Assembly (NCBI GenBank): GCA_041687695.1 | Contig: JAWLBL010000022.1 | Span: 92,003-156,002 of the forward strand | Direction: 5' to 3' | DNA length: 64,000 bases | From: Myxococcota bacterium | Lineage (GTDB): Bacteria > Myxococcota_A > UBA9042 > PHBI01 > JAWLBL01 | In this document: piece after piece, positions 10,806 to 22,893 of the stretch | How the letters are laid out: each line of letters starts with the position of its first letter | How positions within the stretch are numbered: the first letter of the stretch is position 1 | The notes under the pieces: generated by a model | Told to the model about the DNA's origin: nothing | Seen by the model: the letters and a program-made list of their open reading frames with translations, nothing else | The model's database searches: none | Translations under genes and position numbers: made by a program

Positions 10806-11971
10806 AGGCGATCTGCTGGCACGGCAAGGGCGACGTGCGCCTCGACCGGGTGCCCGATCCGACCATCCTCAACCCGCACGACGCCATCGTCAGCGTGACG
10901 GCGACGGCCATCTGCGGCTCGGATCTGCACCTGTACGACGGCTACATCCCGACCATGAAGGAGGGCGACATCCTGGGTCACGAGTTCATGGGCGAGGTGG
11001 TCGAGGTCGGCGCCGAGGTCCGCAACCTGAAGCGGGGCGACAAGGTCGTGGTGCCCTTCACCATCGCGTGCGGGCACTGCTTTTACTGCAAGGACGACCT
11101 GTGGTCGCTGTGCGACAACTCGAACCCGAACGCGTGGATGGCCGAGAAGCTGTGGGGCTACTCGCCGTCGGGGCTGTTCGGCTACTCGCACATGCTGGGC
11201 GGCTACGCGGGCGGGCAGGCCGAGTACGTGCGCGTGCCGTTCGCGGACGTGGGCCCGCTGAAGGTGCCCGAGGGGCTCCCCGACGAGCAGGTCCTGTTCC
11301 TGTCGGACATCCTGCCGACCGGCTACCAGGCGGCGGCGCAGGCCGACATCCGTGACGGCGACACCGTGGCCGTGTGGGGCTGCGGACCGGTGGGGTACTT
11401 CGCCATCCAGAGCGCGCTGCTGCTCGGCGCCGAGCGGGTCATCGCCATCGACCGCTTCCCCGAGCGCCTGTCGCTCGTGCGGGGGATGGAGGGCGTCGAG
11501 GTCATCGACTACGAGAAGACCCACGTCCTCGAGACGCTGCGCGAGCTGACCGGCGGGCGCGGGCCGGACCGCTGCATCGACGCGGTGGGGCTCGAGGCCC
11601 ACGGGACCGGGCTGATGGAGGTCTACGACCGGGTCAAGCAGGCGGTGCGCCTCGAGACCGACCGCGCCTACGTCCTGCGCCAGGCCCTCATGGCGTGCCG
11701 CAAGGGCGGGACCGTGTCGATCCCGGGCGTGTACGGCGGCCTCATCGACAAGGTCCCCATCGGCGCAGCCTTCGGCAAGGGCCTGACGCTGCGCATGGGC
11801 CAGACCCACATGCACCGGTGGATGCGGCCGCTGCTCGAGCGCATCCAGGCGGGCGAGATCGACACGACCTCCGTCATCTCGCACCGGCTGCCGCTCGAAG
11901 AGGGGCCGGGCGCCTACCGGATGTTCCGCGACAAGGAGGACCAGTGCACCAAGGTCGTGCTGCGGCCGTGA
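10802..11971 (+). CDS. Zn-dependent medium-chain dehydrogenase (YbdR / formaldehyde dehydrogenase-like)
   Basis: MKAICWHG start overlaps the upstream stop (ATGA). ICGSDLH, GHEFMG, structural Zn CGHCFYC..C, GCGPVG. Confidence 0.93.
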   Translation: MKAICWHGKGDVRLDRVPDPTILNPHDAIVSVTATAICGSDLHLYDGYIPTMKEGDILGHEFMGEVVEVGAEVRNLKRGDKVVVPFTIACGHCFYCKDDLWSLCDNSNPNAWMAEKLWGYSPSGLFGYSHMLGGYAGGQAEYVRVPFADVGPLKVPEGLPDEQVLFLSDILPTGYQAAAQADIRDGDTVAVWGCGPVGYFAIQSALLLGAERVIAIDRFPERLSLVRGMEGVEVIDYEKTHVLETLRELTGGRGPDRCIDAVGLEAHGTGLMEVYDRVKQAVRLETDRAYVLRQALMACRKGGTVSIPGVYGGLIDKVPIGAAFGKGLTLRMGQTHMHRWMRPLLERIQAGEIDTTSVISHRLPLEEGPGAYRMFRDKEDQCTKVVLRP

Positions 11972-12069
11972 GCGTGGCCGTGGCGTGACGAGCCGGACCC
12001 CGACAGGGGTGGGGTGGTGGCCACGGGTCGCGGCGGGCCTCTTCGCAGGCTCGCCCGACCCGTGGTCTC

Positions 12070-13257
12070 TCAGTCGGCCGCGGCCGGCGAGGCCGGCAGG
12101 TCCTCGGCGAAGCAGAACGAGCGCTGCTCGAGGCCCTCCGGCTCGCTCCACACCATCAGGTACTTGCCGCGCGCCCGGGTGACGTCCCAGGCGGCGGGGG
12201 GCGGCGCGCCTTCGACCTGAAAGCCCAGCCGGGCGCGGCCGAGGGCCACGTTCTTCAGGTCGATGATCTGCGCGGCGACCCGCCAGCCGCCGGCGTCGGT
12301 CGGCTGGACCGTCACGGCCGCCGCCAGCTCGCCGCTGGGCACCACGCGGACGTCGGCGCCCCAGCCGACGGCGCTGTCGGCCGCCAGCTCGTGACCGAGG
12401 GTGCTGCGCGCCAGGACGCGAGCGCGCGGCGGGCAGCCGTCCGGGCCGGGCGAGCGCACGGCGAAGATGGGGAAGCCGTAGGACAGCGCGGACCCCAGCC
12501 AATCGGTCCCGACACCCAGCTCGAGCCCGAGCGAAGCGGGCAGGCTGCACTGGCCGGCGGTGGTGCTGCCGGTCTGGAAGCTCACCGGCTGCGCCTGGTC
12601 GGGGCCGGTGAACGGCAGGAACAGGAAGTCGCCCTCGTCGAGCAGCCGCATGTCGGCGACCTTGGCCTGGTTCACCACGAAGTGGCGGTAGGTCTCGGCG
12701 CCCTGGGCGTCCAGATCGACCATCTGGTAGGTCTCGCCCGTGTGGACCAGGACCTTGAGGCCGGTCGGGATGGCCACGGCCCCCACCACGTCGGCGTCGG
12801 CGATGGCCGTGACCGGGTCCTGGCCCGCGCGGCCGAAGCGCACGGCCCCGTCCTCGCTGTAGACGACGCCGAAGCCGCCCTCGGGCAGCGGGGCGACGAA
12901 GGCGCGCTCGGCTTTGGCCGACCAGGCGTGGGTGGTGGTCGTGCCGGCCTCGAGCGTGGCCAGGGTGACCTGGTCCTCGGTCAGGGCGACCGCCCCGACC
13001 CGGGTGCCGGCGGCGGCCATCACCAGGCGATCGGCCGTGACGCCTTCGGCGAAGGTGCCGATGGGGGCCGGCGGGTCCTCGCACGGGTCGGTCGCCTGGG
13101 TGAGCGGCGGGCCCTGCGGGCTTGGACACTCGGGCGTCTTGGTGTCGTCGGCCTCGGCGTCGGTCTCGCTGCCCAGGTCGGCGACGCTCGCCGGCGACGA
13201 GCCATCGCCACAGGCGCCCAGCAGCGCGGCGAGCAGGGAAGCGGTCCAAATCCTCAT
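12070..13257 (-). CDS. Hypothetical lipoprotein
   Basis: MRIWTASLLAALLGAC lipobox and coding-like codon bias. No recognisable domain. Confidence 0.7.
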   Translation of the reverse strand: MRIWTASLLAALLGACGDGSSPASVADLGSETDAEADDTKTPECPSPQGPPLTQATDPCEDPPAPIGTFAEGVTADRLVMAAAGTRVGAVALTEDQVTLATLEAGTTTTHAWSAKAERAFVAPLPEGGFGVVYSEDGAVRFGRAGQDPVTAIADADVVGAVAIPTGLKVLVHTGETYQMVDLDAQGAETYRHFVVNQAKVADMRLLDEGDFLFLPFTGPDQAQPVSFQTGSTTAGQCSLPASLGLELGVGTDWLGSALSYGFPIFAVRSPGPDGCPPRARVLARSTLGHELAADSAVGWGADVRVVPSGELAAAVTVQPTDAGGWRVAAQIIDLKNVALGRARLGFQVEGAPPPAAWDVTRARGKYLMVWSEPEGLEQRSFCFAEDLPASPAAAD

Positions 13258-13366
13258 GGGGCGTGTCCCTCCACGGCTGGCACTGTAGCACCGACCCGTC
13301 GAACACGCGCCGTGGGACGCGCGCCGTGCTTCCGGCGCGGCCGGCGAGTCGCTACAGTGCCGCCCC

Positions 13367-14520
<1,154 letters not shown>

Positions 14521-14524
<4 letters not shown>

Positions 14525-16092
14525 AGCCGGCTCCGCGCCAGCACCCGCCGGTCGTGGCGCGCGACGCGCTGGACGAAGCCGACTTCGAGCAGGTCATGGG
14601 CTCGTCGCGGGCGCTGGCGGGCCTCGAGGCGCGCGGGGCGCGGCTGTTGCCCGACTTTCGGGCGCTGCTGGCCGACCTGTACGCCGCGTGCGCCAAGCTG
14701 ACGGTGACGTTGACCCCGGCGGCCGGGCTGCCGCCGACGGCGCAGCTGCGGGCGACCCTGGTCGGGGCGGTGGTCGAGAGCGCGGCCTGGCGGGCGCTGC
14801 ACGCGGTCAGTCGGCTGAACCCGGCGCGGGCCGGGCTGGCGACGCTGCGGCTGGGCGAGGCGGTGCTGGCCGAGCTGCAGGCTGGGCGGCTGATGCTGAG
14901 GGACGAGCTGGAGGCCTCGTGGCGGGCCGAGCTGGCCGAGGACGAGCTGGCCGAGGCGCAGGCGCGGCGCGAGGCGGCCGAGGCGCTGGCCGAGGCGCGT
15001 GGGGACGACCCCGAGGCGGTCGAGGTCGCGCGCGAGCTGGCCGAGGAGGCGGGCGAGGAGGCCGAGGCGCTGGCGGGGGAGCTGGCGCGGCTGCGGGCCG
15101 AGCTGGTCCGGGCGGCGCGCGGGGTGCCGAACGAGAGCCTGCAGCGCCTGCAGGGGGTGGCGGACCGGCTGCCCGAGCGGCTCGAGGCGGTGGCGGCCGA
15201 CGAGGCCCAGCTGGGGCTGGACGAGCCGGGGCCGGCCTCGGGCGGGGCGGGTGACGCGGTGGACGCGCTGGAGTTGGGCGAGCGGCTGGCCGACAGCGAG
15301 GTGCTGCGGCGCCTGTCGCGCATGGTCGGGGCGCTGCGCGGCGTGGCGCTGGCCGAGCGGCGCAAGCGCGTCCCCCGGGCGCGCGGCGAGGTGTACGGCA
15401 TCGAGGCGGGCCGGGATCTGTCGCACCTGCTGCCGGTCGAGCTGGTGGGCCTGCGCCACCCGGTGCTGGGACGCGACTTCCGGCGGCGCTTCGTCGAGGG
15501 GCGCCTCTTGTCCTACGCGGTGCGCGGCGACGACGACGAGGGGCGGGGGCCGTGCGTCATCGCGCTCGATCTCAGCGGCTCGATGGCGGGCGCCAAGGGC
15601 ATCTGGGCCAAGGCGGTCGCCCTGGTGCTGGCCGACCTCGCGCGCCGCGACGGCCGCGCGGTGACCGTCCTGACCTTCTCGTCGGGCGCGAACAGCGTCG
15701 CCCGCCACGACCTGGTCCCCGACCGGCGCTACGCCTCGCGCCGGCCGCTGGACCGACGGGCGTCGCTCTCGTTCGCCGAGACCCGCGTCGGCGGCGGGAC
15801 GGACTTCGCGGCCCCCTTGGCGCTGGCGGCCGACATCATCCGCACCTCGCGCCGCCACCGCCGAGGCGACGTCGTCCTGGTCACCGACGGCGAGGCCAGC
15901 CTGCCCGCGGCGGACCTCGAGGCCTTCGACGCCTTCAAGCGACAGACCGACTCGAAGGCCCTGGGCCTGCTGGTCGACCTCGCCAGCCACGAGGCTCGCA
16001 CCCTCGAGCGCCTGTGCGACCGCGTCGTCCCCGTCAGCGCTCTGACCGAAGACGGCGCCCGCAAGGTCTTCCGCGCCTTCGACGGGCGCTGA
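14521..16092 (+). CDS. VWA-domain protein, ViaA-like partner of the AAA+ ATPase
   Basis: GTGA overlap with the ATPase stop. MIDAS DLSGSM...GGGTDF...VTDGE, and DLSHLLPVEL. Confidence 0.85.
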
Positions 16093-16096
16093 CCAC

Positions 16097-16345
16097 GGCG
16101 GCGGCTCGGGCCGGCTGGAAGCCGGCGGTCACAGGGGACGTCGATGCGGACATCTGGATGGGGGCGGGCGCTGAGTCCGGCGGCGGCTCGGGCCGGCTGG
16201 CAGAGGGGGTCGTATTGAAGTCCCCCTCGGGTGCCGACGCCTCGAGACACAGCGGCCGAAGTTGGCGACGGCTCCGGCCGGCTGGAAGCCGGCGGTCCCA
16301 GGCGGGGCGATGCGGACATCTCGATGGGGCGGGGGCGCTGAGTCG
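16097..16345 (+). repeat. Two ~80-bp direct repeats plus a partial third, each built on the REP-like palindrome GCCGGCTGGAAGCCGGC
   Basis: Cores at 16110-16126 and 16277-16293, each followed by ...CGATGCGGACATCT.GATGGGG...GGGCGCTGAGTC. Half core at 16192-16200. The same core recurs at 51445. Confidence 0.85.
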
Positions 16346-16487
16346 GGAGCCGGACTCGCGCGGGTCGGCGCGCCAGGGGGCGCAGGTCGGCGGCGGCAGG
16401 TAGTGTGGAAAGGGAGCCCCCTGGAGTCGACCGCCGAGTGTAGGCGGCCGGCGACGGGAGACAAGGGCGCCCTGCAGGGTCGGCTCG

Positions 16488-16540
16488 AAGCGGACGCGCC
16501 GTCGAGTGGACTGGGAGTCCCGCTCGGCGGCGCGCCGCTT
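16488..16540 (-). terminator. Long GC-rich hairpin just downstream of the RND operon
   Basis: Nested pairings AAGCGG/CCGCTT, CGCGCCG/CGGCGCG, TCGAG/CTCGG, GGACT/AGTCC, 16 bp after the permease stop. No long U-tract. Confidence 0.5.
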
Positions 16541-16556
16541 GGGACCGTTCGGTCGG

Positions 16557-19500
16557 TCAGGCCGCGCTCTCCTCGAGCGTCGGGGCCAGCTTGGCCTCGC
16601 GGGCGGCGCGCCTGGCGGCCTTCTTGGCCCGGCGACGGTCCACGAAGCCGGCCAGGATGACGTACATCGTCGGCACGACCACCAGGGTCAGCACCGTGGA
16701 CAGGGTCATGCCGCCGATGACCGCCCGCGCCATCGGGGCCCAGGTCTCGGCGCCGTCGCCCATCTCGCTGGCCAGCGGCACCATGCCCAGGGTCGTCGTC
16801 AGGGTGGTCATCAGGATGGGCCGCAGGCGACTGCGCCCGGCCTCGATGGCGGCCGCGAAGAGGTCCTCGCCCGCCAGGCGCCGGTTCTTGATGACGTCGA
16901 TGAGGACGATGCCGTTGTTGACCACGACGCCCGCCAGCAGGATGACGCCGATGAGCGCCGTGACCTGCAGGGTCGTGTCGGTCAGGTACAGGGCGAAGAT
17001 GACGCCGGCCATCGCCAGCGGGATGGCGAAGAGGATGACGAAGGGCTCCAGCAGCGACTCGAACTGGCTCGCCATCACCATGTAGACCAGCACGATGGCG
17101 ATGAGGATGGCCAGGGCCAGCGCCAGGAAGGACTCCTGCAGATCCTCGGCGGTGCCGGCGATGGCGGTCGACACGCCCGGCGTCGGGCCCAGCTCGGCGA
17201 CCGCCGCCTCGACGCGCTCGATGAGGGTGCCCAGCGGGACCCCCTGGGCCGTGATGGCGACCGTGCCCAGGCGGCGCTGGTTCTCGCGCGCGATGGTGGT
17301 CGGGCCCAGCGCCGGCTCGATGCGGACCACCGTCTCGAGGGGGACGGTGATGCCGGCGGGCGTCAGCAGCGGCAGCGCGCGCAGCTTGCCCAGGTCCTCG
17401 CGCAGCTCGCGCGGCGCCCGCACGAAGACGCGGTACTCCTCGCCGGCCTCGCGGAACATCGTGGCGCCCGCCCCCAGGAAGTAGGTCGAGATGGTCGCCG
17501 CCACCTCGCCCGGCTGCAGGCCCAGCAGGCGAATCTGCTCGCGGTCCAGGTCGACCTTCAGCTCCGGCTGGCCCTGCTCGAGCGAGAAGGTCACGTTCGC
17601 CGCGCCCTCGACGGTCTGCACCTTGGCCTTGAGCAGCGCGCCGTACTCGCGCAGCGTCTCCATCTCCTCGGCGAACACCTTGACCTGGATGTCACCGCCG
17701 CCGCCGCCCATGACGTCGCCCTCCTGGGCGACCGTGATCTCCAGGCCGGGCAGCGTCTGCAGCCGCGGGATGAGCTGCTCCTCGATCTCGAACTGGCTGC
17801 GCGCCCGCCGCGACTTGGGCGGCAGCTTGATCTGCACCGAGCCCGTGTACGAGTTCTGCCCGAACAGCGCCGCGAAGGCCTCGCCGCCGCCGAACTGCGA
17901 CACGACGACCTCGGCCTCGGGGACCACCTCCTTCACGATGGCCTCGACCTCGCCGAACAGCGCGTTGGTGGCCCCCAGCGCCGTGCCGGGGGCCGCCTTG
18001 ACGTTCACCGTCAGCCGCCCCTGGTCGTTCTTCGGCATGAAGTCGACGCCCAGCTTGGGCACCAGCGAGATGGCGAAGGCGAAGACGCCGAAGGCCGCGA
18101 GCAGCGTGGTCTTGCGGAAGCGCAGCGCGACGGCCAGCACCCCGGCGTAGATGTGCGACAGCGGGTCGATCCACGCGGTGAGCCAGGCCAGCAGGCGCTC
18201 GACGAAGTTCGGCTTGCGCCGGCCCAGCATCAGGCTGGCCATCAGCGGCACCAGCGTCAGCGCGACGGCCAGCGACGCCAGCAGCGAGAACACGATGGTC
18301 AGGCTCATGTCGCGGAAGAGCTGACCGGCCAGCCCCGGCACGAACAGGATGGGCGCGAACACGGCCACCGTGGTCAGGGTCGAGGCCGTGATGGGCATCG
18401 CCATCTCGGTCGTGCCCTCGATGGCCGCCTCTTTGGGGGACAGGCCCGCCTCGAGCCGCGAGAAGATGTTCTCGAGCACCACGATGGAGTTGTCGACCAG
18501 CATGCCGACCGCCAGGGCGAGGCCCGCCATCGAGATGACGTTCATCGTGACGCCCTGGAAGTCCATCACCGCGAAGGTGGCCAGCATCGAGATGGGGATG
18601 CTGACCAGCACGATGGTGCTGGTGCGCCAGCTGCGCAGAAAGGCCAGCAGCACCGCGGCGGTCAGAAACAGCGCCAGCACGGCCGAGCTGCTGAGGTTCG
18701 AGATGGCCCGCATGATGGGCTCGGCCTGGTCGAAGACCGGGGTCACGGTCGCGCCCTCGGGCAGGCGCTTCTCCAGGACCTTCAGCTCCTTCATCAGGCG
18801 CCCGACCACCTGCACCGTGTTGGCGTCCGACTGCTTGCGGACGGCCATCATCACGGCCGGCACGTCGTTGGCCCGCACGACCTGCAGCTGCTCCTGGAAG
18901 CCGTCGACCACCTGGGCGATGTCCTTGACCTGCACCGGGTGCCCCCCGCGCTGGCCGACCACCACCTCCTCGATGTCCTTCACCGACGTGAACAGGGCGT
19001 CGGTCGCGATGTTCAGCTCTTGCCGGCCCTGCGTGATGTTGCCGCCCGGCAGCATCAGGTTGGCGCCCCGCAGCGCCGCCACCACCTGCTGCGCGCCGAC
19101 GCCGTAGGCCTGCATCCACTCGGGGTCGAGGCGCACCTGGATCTCGCGCTCGAGCCCGCCGATGACCTCGGCCGCCGCGACGCCCGGGATGCGGGCGATG
19201 TACGGCTCGACCTCGTCCTTGGCCAGCCGCCGCACCGCCTCGGGGGTCCCCGCCGCGTTGATGGTCAGGAAGGCGACCGGCTGCAGCGACGGGTCGAAGG
19301 CGAAGGTCAGCGGCCGCGTCGCGTCGTCCGGCAGCTTGTCGAGCGCGTAGATCTCGAGGTTCTTGCGGACGTCGCTCTCGGCCTGCTGCATGTCGGTGCC
19401 CCAGGCGAACTTGACCATCACCAGGGACGCGCCCTGGTTGCTGGTCGAGTTGACGTCGTCGACGCCCTGCACCGACGCCATCGCCTCCTCGATGGGGCGC

Positions 19501-19691
19501 GTCACCAGCTCCTCGATCGACTCGGGCGAGGCGCCCGGGTAGTTGGTGATGACCGCGACGATCGGGAACTCGATGTCCGGCATCATGTCGAGCTTGAGCC
19601 GGCTGAAGGTGAACAGGCCCAGCATCGCGACCGCGATGAAGAGCATGATCCCGGTGATCGGTCGGCGGACCGAGAGGCTGGTGGCGCTCAC
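16557..19691 (-). CDS. RND efflux permease (AcrB/AcrD/AcrF family)
   Basis: 1044 aa. RRPI N-terminus, YPGASPESIEELVTRPIEE, GMLVDNSIVVLENI, SRLRPILMT, WAPMARAVIGG. Confidence 0.96.
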   Translation of the reverse strand: MSATSLSVRRPITGIMLFIAVAMLGLFTFSRLKLDMMPDIEFPIVAVITNYPGASPESIEELVTRPIEEAMASVQGVDDVNSTSNQGASLVMVKFAWGTDMQQAESDVRKNLEIYALDKLPDDATRPLTFAFDPSLQPVAFLTINAAGTPEAVRRLAKDEVEPYIARIPGVAAAEVIGGLEREIQVRLDPEWMQAYGVGAQQVVAALRGANLMLPGGNITQGRQELNIATDALFTSVKDIEEVVVGQRGGHPVQVKDIAQVVDGFQEQLQVVRANDVPAVMMAVRKQSDANTVQVVGRLMKELKVLEKRLPEGATVTPVFDQAEPIMRAISNLSSSAVLALFLTAAVLLAFLRSWRTSTIVLVSIPISMLATFAVMDFQGVTMNVISMAGLALAVGMLVDNSIVVLENIFSRLEAGLSPKEAAIEGTTEMAMPITASTLTTVAVFAPILFVPGLAGQLFRDMSLTIVFSLLASLAVALTLVPLMASLMLGRRKPNFVERLLAWLTAWIDPLSHIYAGVLAVALRFRKTTLLAAFGVFAFAISLVPKLGVDFMPKNDQGRLTVNVKAAPGTALGATNALFGEVEAIVKEVVPEAEVVVSQFGGGEAFAALFGQNSYTGSVQIKLPPKSRRARSQFEIEEQLIPRLQTLPGLEITVAQEGDVMGGGGGDIQVKVFAEEMETLREYGALLKAKVQTVEGAANVTFSLEQGQPELKVDLDREQIRLLGLQPGEVAATISTYFLGAGATMFREAGEEYRVFVRAPRELREDLGKLRALPLLTPAGITVPLETVVRIEPALGPTTIARENQRRLGTVAITAQGVPLGTLIERVEAAVAELGPTPGVSTAIAGTAEDLQESFLALALAILIAIVLVYMVMASQFESLLEPFVILFAIPLAMAGVIFALYLTDTTLQVTALIGVILLAGVVVNNGIVLIDVIKNRRLAGEDLFAAAIEAGRSRLRPILMTTLTTTLGMVPLASEMGDGAETWAPMARAVIGGMTLSTVLTLVVVPTMYVILAGFVDRRRAKKAARRAAREAKLAPTLEESAA

Positions 19692-20953
19692 GGAGACTCC
19701 TCGGACGCGGCGGACGCGTCGTCGGCGGCGGCGGGGGCCGCGGCGGCGGGGGTGTCGTCGGCGGGGACCTCGGTCGCCGGCTGGGGGGCCTCGGCCGCCG
19801 CCGCCGGCGCGGAGGCGTCCGGCCGCTCGATGGGGTTGCCGTCGCGCAGGAAGTGGACGCCGCGGGTGACGACCTGCTCGCCCGGGGTGAGCCCGTCGAC
19901 GATCTCGATCTGGCCGCCCGAGCGGCCGCCGACGGTGACCTCGCGCCGCTTGGCGACCGCGCCGTCGGCCACGAAGGCGACCGCCTTGCGCGTGCGCTCG
20001 GTCTCGCCGGTGAACAGCACCGCCTCGGCGGGGACCAGGGTGACGTCGGCGCGCCGCTCGAGCTCGATGACCACCCGCACCGCGCTGCCGGCGACCAGCC
20101 GGCCGTCGGCGTTGTCGAGGTCGACCTCGATGAAGCCGGTGCGGGTCATGCGGTCGACCACCGGCGCCCGGCGCGAGACCTGGGCCTCGACCACGTGCTC
20201 GGGCATCCCCAGCGCCGAGAGGCTGACCTTCATGCCCGGCTGGATGCGCAGGAAGGTGCGCTCGGGCACGCGGACCATCGCCTTGAGCACGTTGGCGCGC
20301 ACCAGGGTCATCATCGGGGCGCCGACGCCCACGAAGTCGCCCGCCTTGACCGCCAGGTTGGCCACGGTGCCGCCGATGGGCGCGCGGATCTCGGAGCGCG
20401 AGCGCTGCCCGCTGGCGCTGGAGACCGTCGCCTGCAGCTGGCGGATCTGCGCGTCGGCGGCGCGGATCTGGCCCTCGAGGTTCTCGACCTGCGCGCCGGT
20501 CGACGCGCCGATGTCGACCAGGGCCTTGGTGCGCTTCAGGTTGTCGGCCAGCACCGCCCGGTTGGCGCGGGCGGCGGCGAGCCCCGCCTGGGCCTGCCGG
20601 ACCGCGTCGTTCAGCAGGTCGGCGCGCACGGTCGCCAGCAGCTGGCCCTGCTCGACCCGGTCGCCCTGCTCGACCTCGAGGGTGACGAGGCGGTCGGCCA
20701 CCTGGGAGAAGACGCGGACCTCGTCGGCGCCCTCGAGGTCGCCGACCAGCTCGGCGCGGTCGACCACGTCGCCGCGGACGACGTCGGCCACCAGGACCTT
20801 GCGGGTCGGCACGTCTTGCTTGGGGGCGTCCGCCTCGGGGGCGGGGGCGGCCTCGGAGCCCGGGGGGGCGGCCTGGCTCTGGCAGCCGGACAGCGGCGCG
20901 GCGGCGCCACCGAGCAGCAGCGAGAGCGCGAGCAGGCGGTGGGGAGCGTTCAT
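19688..20953 (-). CDS. RND membrane-fusion (periplasmic adaptor) lipoprotein
   Basis: Start MNAPHRLL with lipobox LSGC. VEQGDRVEQGQLLA, IRAPIGGTV, VPAEAV, GLTPGEQVV. Confidence 0.92.
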   Translation of the reverse strand: MNAPHRLLALSLLLGGAAAPLSGCQSQAAPPGSEAAPAPEADAPKQDVPTRKVLVADVVRGDVVDRAELVGDLEGADEVRVFSQVADRLVTLEVEQGDRVEQGQLLATVRADLLNDAVRQAQAGLAAARANRAVLADNLKRTKALVDIGASTGAQVENLEGQIRAADAQIRQLQATVSSASGQRSRSEIRAPIGGTVANLAVKAGDFVGVGAPMMTLVRANVLKAMVRVPERTFLRIQPGMKVSLSALGMPEHVVEAQVSRRAPVVDRMTRTGFIEVDLDNADGRLVAGSAVRVVIELERRADVTLVPAEAVLFTGETERTRKAVAFVADGAVAKRREVTVGGRSGGQIEIVDGLTPGEQVVTRGVHFLRDGNPIERPDASAPAAAAEAPQPATEVPADDTPAAAAPAAADDASAASEESP

Positions 20954-20973
20954 CAGGTGTTCCTTCGCGGCGG

Positions 20974-22359
20974 CTAGCGGGTGAGCAGCCCGGCGGCGCG
21001 GGCGATCTGGATCTGGGCGAGGTCGGCCTGCAGGGCCTCGTTGATGGCGGACAGCTCGGCCCCGGCGAGGGCGGCGTTGGCGTCGATGACTTCGAGGTAG
21101 GTCGCGGCCTGCAGCTCGAAGCTGGCCTGGACCAGGCGGGCGTTCTCGCGGGCGAGCGCGAGCTGCTCGTCGGCCTTGACCGCGTTGGCGCGGGCGCTGG
21201 CCAGATCGAGCAGGGCGCGGCGCAGCTCGTCGCGGGCCCGGGCCTCGGCAGCGGCGAGGTTGGCGCGGGACTCGCTCAACCGGGCGGCGGACTCGCGCAG
21301 CTCGGCCTCGCGCAGGCCGCCGTCGAAGAGGTTCCAGGACAGGGCGACGCCCAGGTTCCAGAAGCCGTACTCGCCGGTGAAGCCCGAGGTGTTGCTGAGG
21401 TTGTAGTTGCCGACCAGCAGCACGTTGGGCAGGTACCCCTTGCGGGCCGACTCGCGCTGCGTCTCGGCGATCTCGACCTGCACGCGCGCGGCCTCGAGGT
21501 CGGGGCGCTCCTCCATGGCGCTGCGCTCGAGCGCCTGCGCCTCGCTGGGCACGAAGGGCGGCGCGGTCGGGCGGGTCACGTCGAAGTCGGGCGGGCGGTT
21601 CATCAAGGTCGCGAGCGCGCTGATGGCGCCCGCGTAGGCGTTGTCGGTGCGCTCCAGCTCCTGCTCGGCCTTGACCCGCTCGATGCGGGCGCGCAGCTCG
21701 GCCATCTTCGGCGCGTTGCCGCTGGCGACCTGCTTGGCGGCGGCCTCCTCGTGGGCGCGGTAGGTCTCGAGCAGGCGCGCTTGCACCTGCCGCGCCTCGC
21801 GCAGACTGGCCGCCGAGTAGTACAGCTGGGCCGTCGCCATCAGGATCTCGCGCTTGGCGGCCTCGTGGCCCAGGCGCGCCGCCGTCTCGGCGAGGTGGGC
21901 GGTGCGGACGGCCGGGAACACGGCCGGCAGGAACAGGCCCTGGGTCACCTGCAGCTGCGCGCCGAGCTGGTGCTGCTCCTGGATGGCGGTCTCGGCGATG
22001 CCGGTCGGGACCATCACCAGGTTGGTCGGCTGGCCCGGCGGGTTGCCGATGTCCGGAGGTTTGCTGGGGTCGAAGGGCTGGCTGGTCGGGATCCCGACGT
22101 CGCGGATGGTGTAGCCGGTCGGCATGCCGAACTTGGCGTCCACCGAGTTGAAGGTGTACTGGGCGCCCAGCGTGACCTGCGGCAGGTAGGCCGAGCGCGC
22201 CTTGGCGACCAGCTCGCGCGACTGGTCGATGCGCGACTGGGCGGCGGCCAGATCGAGGTTGTTCCGGGCGGCCTGGGTCATCGCCTCGTCGAGGGTCAGG
22301 ACCGGGGCGCCGAGGGCGGCGGAGCCGGTGAGGGCCGCCGCCACGAGGGCGGTGAGCAT
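20974..22359 (-). CDS. TolC-family outer-membrane efflux protein
   Basis: Signal peptide. LTLDEAM..A..NN, AYLPQVTL, RPDL, WNLFDGG, ATYLEVIDA. Confidence 0.92.
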   Translation of the reverse strand: MLTALVAAALTGSAALGAPVLTLDEAMTQAARNNLDLAAAQSRIDQSRELVAKARSAYLPQVTLGAQYTFNSVDAKFGMPTGYTIRDVGIPTSQPFDPSKPPDIGNPPGQPTNLVMVPTGIAETAIQEQHQLGAQLQVTQGLFLPAVFPAVRTAHLAETAARLGHEAAKREILMATAQLYYSAASLREARQVQARLLETYRAHEEAAAKQVASGNAPKMAELRARIERVKAEQELERTDNAYAGAISALATLMNRPPDFDVTRPTAPPFVPSEAQALERSAMEERPDLEAARVQVEIAETQRESARKGYLPNVLLVGNYNLSNTSGFTGEYGFWNLGVALSWNLFDGGLREAELRESAARLSESRANLAAAEARARDELRRALLDLASARANAVKADEQLALARENARLVQASFELQAATYLEVIDANAALAGAELSAINEALQADLAQIQIARAAGLLTR

Positions 22360-22431
22360 CTAGGGGATCTCCTGGGGAGCGGACGGCGTGGGGGGGATGG
22401 AGGCCGTCGCGGGGGAGGGAGGGGCGGCGGG

Positions 22432-22893
22432 TCAGGCGTCGCGCGCCTTGAGCCGCGTGAGCACCTTGTCGAGCATGCGGAACAGGGCCACGCGGTCCTC
22501 GGGGTCGATGAGCTCGAGGAAGTGACGGAGCTTGCCCTTGACCTGGACGTCGAGGTCCTCGGCCAGGGCCTGGCCGGCCTCGGTGAGCCGCACGTGGACG
22601 ACCCGCCGGTCGGCGGCGTCGCGGTCGCGGAAGAGGTGGCCGGCCCGCTCGAGCCGGTCGACGACGCCCGTGACGCTCTTCTCGCTGACGTCGATGCGCT
22701 GGGCGAGCTGCCCCATGGTCAGCGGCTGGTCCAGCCGCAGCCACAGGAGCGCGTGCATCTGCGGCGCCGTGAGGCCGGCGGCCTCGAGCGCGCTGCCCAG
22801 CGGGTCGCGCAGGGGCGCGTTGCGGCCCAGCTCCTCGAGGAGGCCGGTGAAGGTCGTGAGGTCGTCGTCCAGGTCGTCGATAGTCCCAAACAT
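22432..22893 (-). CDS. MarR-family transcriptional regulator
   Basis: LTAPQMHAL, LTMGQLA, VTGVVDRLERAG, DRRVVHVRLT. AGGAG RBS before ATG 22893. Heads the efflux operon. Confidence 0.9.
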   Translation of the reverse strand: MFGTIDDLDDDLTTFTGLLEELGRNAPLRDPLGSALEAAGLTAPQMHALLWLRLDQPLTMGQLAQRIDVSEKSVTGVVDRLERAGHLFRDRDAADRRVVHVRLTEAGQALAEDLDVQVKGKLRHFLELIDPEDRVALFRMLDKVLTRLKARDA

